64,000 nucleotides of DNA, taken from positions 202,943 through 266,942 of the forward strand of contig JAOUBJ010000004.1 of NCBI GenBank assembly GCA_029860345.1. Reading direction: 5' to 3'. Below the pieces are notes generated by a model. That model was not told where the DNA came from. It did no database searches and was given only the letters and a program-made list of their open reading frames with translations. Positions 57,116-64,000 of the stretch are shown here, piece after piece. Every line of letters starts with the position of its first letter. The first letter of the stretch is position 1. Source of the stretch: Candidatus Zixiibacteriota bacterium (GTDB lineage: Bacteria > Zixibacteria > MSB-5A5 > GN15 > FEB-12). The translations under genes were made by a program, and so were the position numbers.

Positions 57116-60100
57116 TTGAAGATAGACCGGTATTTTACTCGCGATGGGGAATCGCCCTATTGTCGAATCAATTTTGTGAAGCGTTCTTCGGAGATCAAAA
57201 ACCCCGATGGTTCGGAGGTTTTCAAACTTGATGGTGTTCAGGTTCCGGAAAACTGGTCGCAAGTAGCTGTTGACATACTGGCTCAGAAGTATTTTCGCAA
57301 GGCGGGGGTTCCTCAGATTGACGAACAGGGTCAGCCGATTGTCGACAAGGACGACCAGCCCGTGTTGGCAGGCGAGACCGATTCACGCCAGGTGTTTCAT
57401 CGCATGGCCGGTTGCTGGCGACATTGGGGTGAGAAGCACGGCTACTTTGACACCGAGACCGACTCTCAGGCCTTCTACGATGAACTTTGTTACATGCTGG
57501 CTTCGCAGGTTTCAGCGCCCAACTCGCCGCAATGGTTCAACACCGGTTTGCATTTCGCATATCAAATCGGTGGCGTATCGAATGGTCATTTCTATGTTGA
57601 TCCTAATTCGCAAACATTGACCCGGGCCGCCAACGCCTACGAACACCCTCAGCCCCATGCCTGTTTCATCCAATCGGTGTCGGATGATTTGGTCAATGAC
57701 GGCGGTATAATGGATCTCTGGGTGCGTGAGGCGCGTCTGTTTAAGTATGGTTCCGGCACCGGGACCAATTTCTCCCATCTGCGCGGCGCCGGTGAGCGTC
57801 TTTCCGGCGGTGGTCAGTCATCCGGTTTGATGTCGTTTTTGCGCATCGGTGATCGAGCGGCGGGCGCGATCAAGTCCGGCGGCACGACACGACGCGCGGC
57901 CAAGATGGTTTGTCTTGATCTGGATCATCCGGATATCGAAGCGTTCATAAGCTGGAAAGTAATCGAAGAGCAAAAAGTAGCGGCCATGGTGACCGGTTCG
58001 GCCGTGATCCGACAACAGCTTCAGGAGGTCTTCCAGGCAACACAGATTTCAGACAACGGCAACGGCGTTATCATCGAAGCTGACCCGGCCATAAACAAAT
58101 CCTTGAAGCAGGCGATCAGCGCCGCTCGTCGTCTGGCCATTCCATCGGCCTACATCAAGAAGATTCTTGAACTGGCCGACCAGGGCATTCGGGAAATCGA
58201 ATTTGTTCAGCTGGATACCAATTGGGAATCGGAAGCGTACATGACGGTATCGGGGCAAAACTCCAACAACTCGGTGCGTGTCCCCAACAGGTTCTTTGAA
58301 ATACTGAGGTCCAAAGGGGATTGGGAATTGATTTCGCGCACCGACGGTGGTACTGCCCGCACGCTTCCTGCGGCTGAACTGTGGGATAAGATTTGTCATG
58401 CCACCTGGTCGTGCGCCGATCCCGGTGTTCAGTTTGACGACACCATCAACGAATGGCATACCTGCTCCAAAGACGGTCGGATCAACGCTTCCAACCCCTG
58501 TTCGGAATACATGTTTCTGGACGACACCGCTTGCAACCTGGCTTCGATAAACCTGGGCAAGTTCCTGCGTGATGATGGTTCCTTCGACCTCGACGGATAC
58601 CTGCACGCCATTCGGCTCTGGACGGTGGTGTTGGAGATTTCGGTTCTGATGGCATCGTATCCATCGCCGATGATAGCCCAAAAGAGTTTTGAATATCGCA
58701 CTCTCGGTCTTGGCTATGCCAACCTTGGTTCGGTGCTCATGCGCATGGGCATTCCGTATGATTCATCGGAGGCTTACGCCTGGTGTGGCGCTCTGAGTTC
58801 GATGCTTACGGGGCAAGCCTATGTAACCTCGGCTGAAATGTCTAAAGAGCTGGGTCCTTTTTCGGGCTACTATCGAAACCGTGACAACATGCTAAAGGTG
58901 GCTCGCAACCATCGTCGGGCCGCCTACAATGCCGACCCGTCCGAATACGAGGGACTTACCATAAAACCATCCGGCATCAACCCGGCCTATCTCCCGGAGG
59001 AAGTTGTCGAGGCGGCGCGGGTGGTCTGGGATCAAGCCCTGGAACAGGGCGAGATCTACGGCTTCCGTAATGCGCAGACTTCGGTGGTGGCGCCGACCGG
59101 CACTATCGGGCTGGTCATGGATTGCGACACGACCGGTATCGAACCGGACTATGCGCTGGTCAAATTCAAGAAGCTGGCCGGTGGTGGTTATTTCAAGATC
59201 ATTAACGGCTCGGTCCCCGTCGCGCTCCGTCGCCTGGGTTACACCAGTGATCAGGTCAAGGATATCATCACTCATGCCACCGGTCACAAGACTCTTAAAC
59301 AAGCGCCCTTCATCAATCATGAATCGCTCAAAGCCAAAGGTTTTAGCGATGATGAACTCAACCTGCTGGAAGAGGCGGTGGGGAATGTTTTTGACATCAC
59401 CTTTGCCTTCAACCGCCACACGCTTGGTGATGATTTTCTGATCGAGTCACTGGGGCTGTCAAGTGACGTCACCGATCAATGGGATTTCAACCTGCTGCGA
59501 GAACTGGGATTCACGAAAGAGCAGATTGAGGCGGCCAACGAATTCTGTTGCGGCACCATGACCTTAGAAGGAGCGCCGCATCTTAAAGATGAACACTTGC
59601 CGATTTTTGATTGTGCCAGTCGTTGCGGCAAGAAAGGCAGTCGTTTGATCGGCTTCGAGTCACACATTCGTATGATGGCCTCGGCGCAACCGTTCATTTC
59701 GGGTGCCATCTCCAAGACAATCAACATGCCCTCCGAGGCATCTATCGATGATATCAAGACAGCCTACCGGCTGGCTTGGGAAACGATGAACAAAGCGATT
59801 GCCATTTACCGCGATGGTTCCAAGCTGAGCCAGCCGCTGGCGGCATCGTTGATCGATGAAGACGAGGAAGATGAACCGATTGAGATGACGGTCAGCCAGG
59901 TGGCCGAACAGGCGGCTCGCAAGGTGATCTATCGCTACATTGCCAAACGGCGCAAGCTGCCCTATCGACGCGGCGGCTATACGCAGAAGGCGGTGGTCGG
60001 TGGGCACAAGGTCTACCTGCGCACCGGCGAGTATTCCGACGGTTCTTTGGGTGAGATTTTTCTGGATATGCACCGTGAGGGGGCTGCTTTCCGCAGTTTG

Positions 60101-60784
60101 ATGAACAGCTTTGCCATTGCTATCTCGCTTGGTCTTCAGCACGGCGTACCGCTGGAGGAGTATGTGGAAGCATTCCTGTTCAGCCGCTTTGAACCAAACG
60201 GTATGGTGCGCGGCAACAAGGCCATCAAAATGTCGACTTCGATTATTGACTACATATTCCGTGAACTGGCTATCAGCTATCTCGGCCGGAATGATCTCGC
60301 GCACGTCTCCGAAGAGGACTTGCGCGGTGATACCCTGGGCGATCCGACAGAATCATCGGTTGAATTCGAAGAAGAGGAGGCAGCCGACAGTATTATGTCC
60401 GGATCGGTGGCGACAGGGAGTCGCACCGCCCAGGATATTCGTTCCGTTCATTTGCGTCTGGGCTCCAGGGAAGCCGACAACGGCGGCAATGGGCACGGTC
60501 GAGACCAGCAGGGACATCAAGGAGGTTTTGCCGATGGTAAGTCGCTGGACAATCAGGCTGCAAAGCAGACAGTTGAAGAAACGGAGGGTGTGCTGGAATA
60601 CGTCGCTCAGACGGGATCGACGGCGACCGATGAAGGAAGCCAGAGACTCCACAGTGCAATCAGAGCGGCGAGAATGAAAGGTTACGAGGGAGACATGTGC
60701 GGTGAGTGCGGACAATTTACTATGGTTCGCAACGGTACCTGTCTCAAATGCGACTCGTGCGGCGCCACGTCCGGGTGTAGTTAG
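57116..60784 (+). CDS. nrdJ: class II (adenosylcobalamin-dependent) ribonucleotide reductase
   Basis: TTG at 57116, 6 nt after AGGAGG (57104..57109): [15 protein letters not shown]...[26 protein letters not shown]. The catalytic core is conserved throughout. The C-terminal Cys cluster is [22 protein letters not shown]. The track ORF starts 8 codons earlier, at 57092. Confidence 0.9.
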   Translation: MKIDRYFTRDGESPYCRINFVKRSSEIKNPDGSEVFKLDGVQVPENWSQVAVDILAQKYFRKAGVPQIDEQGQPIVDKDDQPVLAGETDSRQVFHRMAGCWRHWGEKHGYFDTETDSQAFYDELCYMLASQVSAPNSPQWFNTGLHFAYQIGGVSNGHFYVDPNSQTLTRAANAYEHPQPHACFIQSVSDDLVNDGGIMDLWVREARLFKYGSGTGTNFSHLRGAGERLSGGGQSSGLMSFLRIGDRAAGAIKSGGTTRRAAKMVCLDLDHPDIEAFISWKVIEEQKVAAMVTGSAVIRQQLQEVFQATQISDNGNGVIIEADPAINKSLKQAISAARRLAIPSAYIKKILELADQGIREIEFVQLDTNWESEAYMTVSGQNSNNSVRVPNRFFEILRSKGDWELISRTDGGTARTLPAAELWDKICHATWSCADPGVQFDDTINEWHTCSKDGRINASNPCSEYMFLDDTACNLASINLGKFLRDDGSFDLDGYLHAIRLWTVVLEISVLMASYPSPMIAQKSFEYRTLGLGYANLGSVLMRMGIPYDSSEAYAWCGALSSMLTGQAYVTSAEMSKELGPFSGYYRNRDNMLKVARNHRRAAYNADPSEYEGLTIKPSGINPAYLPEEVVEAARVVWDQALEQGEIYGFRNAQTSVVAPTGTIGLVMDCDTTGIEPDYALVKFKKLAGGGYFKIINGSVPVALRRLGYTSDQVKDIITHATGHKTLKQAPFINHESLKAKGFSDDELNLLEEAVGNVFDITFAFNRHTLGDDFLIESLGLSSDVTDQWDFNLLRELGFTKEQIEAANEFCCGTMTLEGAPHLKDEHLPIFDCASRCGKKGSRLIGFESHIRMMASAQPFISGAISKTINMPSEASIDDIKTAYRLAWETMNKAIAIYRDGSKLSQPLAASLIDEDEEDEPIEMTVSQVAEQAARKVIYRYIAKRRKLPYRRGGYTQKAVVGGHKVYLRTGEYSDGSLGEIFLDMHREGAAFRSLMNSFAIAISLGLQHGVPLEEYVEAFLFSRFEPNGMVRGNKAIKMSTSIIDYIFRELAISYLGRNDLAHVSEEDLRGDTLGDPTESSVEFEEEEAADSIMSGSVATGSRTAQDIRSVHLRLGSREADNGGNGHGRDQQGHQGGFADGKSLDNQAAKQTVEETEGVLEYVAQTGSTATDEGSQRLHSAIRAARMKGYEGDMCGECGQFTMVRNGTCLKCDSCGATSGCS

Positions 60785-61040
60785 TGATAAATCACTTTCT
60801 TGGCGCTACGCGCCCGGTTCGCCCACGTCATGCTTCGACGCCGCTCAGCATGACATGGTCAAGCCGTGCTTGTTGAGCTTCACGCGGGTAGCGGGAATCC
60901 ATCTTCGGGTGGCCGTCTCAAACCTTGTTTGGGACGGCGGGCAAGCCCGTTCTTGGCGCTTCGTGCCCGGTGACATAGGAGGAGCTTTTAGCCTGTCACC
61001 CTCAGCGCAGTCGAAGGGTGATGGCGTAAGGGAATGAGGA
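60784..61040. repeat. palindromic repeat modules abutting the nrdJ stop
   Basis: GTGATAAATCAC+GGCGCTACGCGCC (60784..60814), CATGCTTCGACGCCGCTCAGCATG, GGGTGGCCGTCTCAAACCTTGTTTGGGACGG (60907..60937), and CACCCTCAGCGCAGTCGAAGGGTG. Confidence 0.8.
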
Positions 61041-61044
61041 ATAA

Positions 61045-61563
61045 GTGTTCAAACATCTTTGCTTCGCACTCATGCTCTTCCTGCTGAACGGTTGCTGCAA
61101 TACAGGAGTTGATGTGAAATCTGATCGCAAAGCTTTGGTCGAAAGGTTCTTTCGCGGTGTCTACGGAGGCGACCCAACCGTTGTGGACGAACTGGCCAGC
61201 GATGACATTGTCATAAGTTATCCTATCTTCCAGAAGTTGTTCAACAAACCTGCAATTCGCGGCCGCGAGGCGGTCAAACAGTTTGCCGTCGGTTTTGGTA
61301 GTAGGTGGAAGGACACTCAGGTGACCATACATGAGGCGGTTGAAGAGGGTGACCGAGTGGTTTTGCTCTGGAGCTTTACAGGACGAAATGTGGCTACAGC
61401 CAACGACAGCATGCAGCCGACCAACGAGTTCCATAGCTGGGGTGGTATTACTTTATACCGCTTTAACGAGGCCGGTAAGATTGTCGCCGAGATTGGTGAG
61501 GAAAGTGAGCCCGGACCACACGAACGTGTGGCTGCGGGGGATGCCGACGAAGGAGAAAACTGA
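61045..61563 (+). CDS. SnoaL-like (NTF2-fold, ester-cyclase family) lipoprotein
   Basis: 172 aa with lipobox LLNGC; ...ALVERFFRGVYGGDPTVVDELASDDIVISYP...; GTG start. Confidence 0.6.
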   Translation: MFKHLCFALMLFLLNGCCNTGVDVKSDRKALVERFFRGVYGGDPTVVDELASDDIVISYPIFQKLFNKPAIRGREAVKQFAVGFGSRWKDTQVTIHEAVEEGDRVVLLWSFTGRNVATANDSMQPTNEFHSWGGITLYRFNEAGKIVAEIGEESEPGPHERVAAGDADEGEN

Positions 61564-61579
61564 TAAGAATTCTATGTAA

Positions 61580-62730
61580 GGTCATCGGATGACGACCTTG
61601 CTTAGGGATGAGCACGGCGCCACTCGGTTAACCCCGGGTGGCGTCTTTTTTGTGAGTCGTTCATGCATCGACTGCGCTCAGCATGAAGTAGGTCAGGACC
61701 CCTGTGGTCCCGACAGGCAAGCCTGTCATTCGATTCCGCATACGCTTCGATTCCGCTTGCCCATCGACTCCGATCGGGGTGACGGTGGCCGTTTTTCCTC
61801 TCCAATTCGATCGATTTGAGTGAACCAAGTCCGGGTTTATCAGACTAACTGTTTAGAAGATCAGAATATGAAGATTAGTTTCTCCTGTCGTTAGTTCCTG
61901 ATATCGATGTTTCCACCCCCCTCTGGAAACATCACCAAGCCCCCGGTCGGCTAGGACCGGGGGCACTTGTGTTATTAAGGGCATGCCCCACAGATTGCCG
62001 CGTTGCCACCCCAATTGGGTGGCCACTTCAGACCTTCATGTGTCAGAATGGCGTTTGGCTGGGTCCTGATCTCGACGAAGACGGGATTGTGACCCTTCGA
62101 CTCTCACTAAGGCATTGTGTAAAAGCAGCTTTTGAAACCTCCGGATCACACCCTCGCCTTCGGCGAAAGCAGGAACCGGAGGAACATGCAATCCACCCGC
62201 CGCGACGCTTTAGGTGGGCTACTGTGTCCGTCATGCTGGCGCAGGCCAGCATCCAGTCTTGGAATACAGACCTGGATTCCGGCCTTCGCCGGAATGACAT
62301 GCCCAGAGACTTTCGCCATCGGCGCAGTAGATTCACCCTTCGACTCCGCTCAGGGCGACACGGTCAAGCCGCCCATAAATGGGTTCCTTGCGCTTTGCGC
62401 GGCGTCACCTCATGACGAGTTGTGCATGAGCTCAGGGTGAGGATACAAACTAGCAAGCGATCTATCGCCACCCCCAAACCGGGTTTGAGGGTGCCACCCA
62501 ATGTAAGCCACCTGTGGCCTGGGAACCAAGTTCGCTACAAACTGCTTTTATATAGAGAAGAAGGCAGTATATTAGGCCCTCGCAATCCGGTTGGGTGGCC
62601 GTCTCAAACCTTGTTTGGGACGGGAATCGGCTGGAGAAAAATCACCCCCAAAGAAACCTTGAGGGTGCCACCCGTCGGGCACGTATGATATGAGGCCGAC
62701 CAACCAAACTGATAAGAAGGAATTCATTCC
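61580..62730. repeat. 1.15 kb intergenic region made almost entirely of palindromic repeat modules
   Basis: Members of the TCGACTGCGCTCAG, GTCAGGACC..GGTCC, GGATTCCGGCCTTCGCCGGAATGAC, CCACCCCCAAACCGGGTTTGAGGGTGCCACCC (62468..62500 and 62643..62674) and GGGTGGCCGTCTCAAACC... (62593..62623) families, plus unique 10-bp-stem hairpins at about 61905..61965. Confidence 0.8.
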
Positions 62731-62732
62731 TT

Positions 62733-63797
62733 ATGCTTACCGAAACTGCTGTCCGAGAAGTACTCGACAAAATCGACGATCCGGAGTTGAAAAAGCCGCT
62801 GACCGATCTTGACATGATTCGATCTATCGATATCCAGGGCGGCGATGTCACCGTCGGTGTCTCGCTCACTGTGCCCGGCTGCCCAATGAAAGAAAAAATC
62901 TCGCGCGATATCACTACCGGCGTGGGGGCGCTGTCGGGTGCTGAATCGGTTCGGGTCGAATTCGATGTTATGACCGATGAACAACGCAAGAACCTGCGTC
63001 AGAAACTCGGCTTCAGTGATTCAGCTCAAGCCAAAGGCCCGGCCCCGGTCAGCTATGCCAAACGGTTTATTGCTGTCTCCTCCGGCAAGGGCGGGGTGGG
63101 TAAATCGACTGTCACGACCAATGTCGCCGTGGCCATGGCTGGACTTGGTTACAAAGTGGGTTTGTTGGACGCCGATGTTTACGGTTTTTCGATTCCGCAC
63201 ATGCTTGGTGTCGAAGGCCGTCCCACCATGATCGACGATCAGATCATACCGCTACGCAAGGGGGACAATATCCAGGTTGTTTCGATGGGCCTCTTTATCA
63301 GCGAGGACGAACCGGTTGTTTGGCGCGGTCCGCTTTTGCACAAAGCGATAAACCAGTTCATACGCGACGTCGTGTGGGATGAGCTCGACTATCTTTTTCT
63401 GGACCTTCCGCCCGGCACCGGCGATGTATCCCTGACCATCGCCCAGGCCATTCCTTCGGCCGAGATGCTGGTGGTCACCACACCGCAGGCGACGGCGACC
63501 CATGTAGCCGGGCGGGTGGCCAAGATGGCTGAAAAGACAGATTTGAGAGTACTCGGTGTTATCGAGAACATGGCTTACTTTGAGACCAACGGGGAACGTG
63601 AATACATTTTTGGTCGCGACGGTGGTAAGAACCTGGCCAAAAAACTCAGCGTCCCATTCCTTGGTGAGATACCTCTGATGACGTCGTTGCGCGAAGGATC
63701 CGACTCGGGCAAACCGGTCGCATCGGACGGTACGCCTGATCAGGTGAAACTGTTCGAGAGCATTGCACAATTGATCGACGGTACAGCAGGTAGATAA
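62733..63797 (+). CDS. apbC: Fe-S cluster carrier ATPase Mrp/ApbC (N-terminal DUF59 domain)
   Basis: 354 aa with a DUF59-like N-terminus (…DPELKKPLTDLDMIRSIDIQGGDVTVGVSLTVPGCP), a deviant Walker A SSGKGGVGKST, and a conserved C-terminal region. Confidence 0.9.
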   Translation: MLTETAVREVLDKIDDPELKKPLTDLDMIRSIDIQGGDVTVGVSLTVPGCPMKEKISRDITTGVGALSGAESVRVEFDVMTDEQRKNLRQKLGFSDSAQAKGPAPVSYAKRFIAVSSGKGGVGKSTVTTNVAVAMAGLGYKVGLLDADVYGFSIPHMLGVEGRPTMIDDQIIPLRKGDNIQVVSMGLFISEDEPVVWRGPLLHKAINQFIRDVVWDELDYLFLDLPPGTGDVSLTIAQAIPSAEMLVVTTPQATATHVAGRVAKMAEKTDLRVLGVIENMAYFETNGEREYIFGRDGGKNLAKKLSVPFLGEIPLMTSLREGSDSGKPVASDGTPDQVKLFESIAQLIDGTAGR

Positions 63798-64000
63798 CTG
63801 TGTGCTACCAACGGTCTTTTGCCATCCGAGATTATCATCCGACAAACATGTGCTCTCTATGTCTTTGTTTGATGGTTTTTTGATTGTGGTGTAAGGCTCT
63901 CGTAAACAGCCACTTCAAGAATAGTCCGATTTATCAACAGGCGTTGCTTGACCGGGGGGGACGTATTCCGTAAATAGGCTCATGAAGAGAGTCAAATCAC

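Overview
This is a chromosomal segment from an unidentified bacterium, probably environmental or uncultivated, with GC around one half by eye. I found no rRNA, tRNA, CRISPR array, transposase or integrase.

Gene content, left to right:
- 1-13.2 kb (minus strand): a tightly packed operon of a cupin gene plus five paralogous Hanks-type Ser/Thr kinases. Their 5' ends are near-identical and their C-terminal sensor modules differ (TM+TPR, or an alpha/beta-hydrolase fold).
- 13.5-23.4 kb (plus strand): the classic origin-proximal set rpmH-rnpA-yidD-yidC-mnmE-mnmG-rsmG-parA-parB, then an M23 peptidase and a bactofilin. Two parS palindromes lie in this block.
- 24-32.4 kb: MoxR ATPase and its DUF58 partner, split by five unrelated genes (lipoprotein, isoaspartyl peptidase, cytosolic trypsin-like protease, dockerin/DUF1566 protein, GNAT), followed by a DinD homolog.
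- 32.6-33.5 kb: about 1 kb with no credible ORF, G-rich on the plus strand and ending in strong hairpins. I treat it as a candidate large structured RNA.
- 33.7-64 kb: an RND/LolA-like/beta-barrel exporter set, an ECF sigma/ZAS anti-sigma pair, an LTA-synthase-family enzyme, a 1380-aa hybrid histidine kinase, a multiheme-cytochrome/YceI/beta-barrel cluster, a polytopic membrane-TPR protein, a four-gene DUF4388 operon, class II RNR (nrdJ) and apbC/mrp.

Most notable observations:
1. Two kinase paralogs carry a conserved in-frame TGA in a C-H-W-TGA-G-P context. Exactly 11 nt downstream sits a GGUCAU-GGUC-AUGGCC hairpin, and a homologous ~60-codon continuation follows in the same frame. This is a candidate selenocysteine (CxxU) or other programmed recoding site.
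2. Many intergenic regions are filled with mosaics of at least seven families of short palindromic modules. One 165-bp composite brackets the sigma/anti-sigma cassette as direct repeats.
3. A ~0.7 kb AT-rich region with two perfect DnaA boxes lies upstream of nrdJ.
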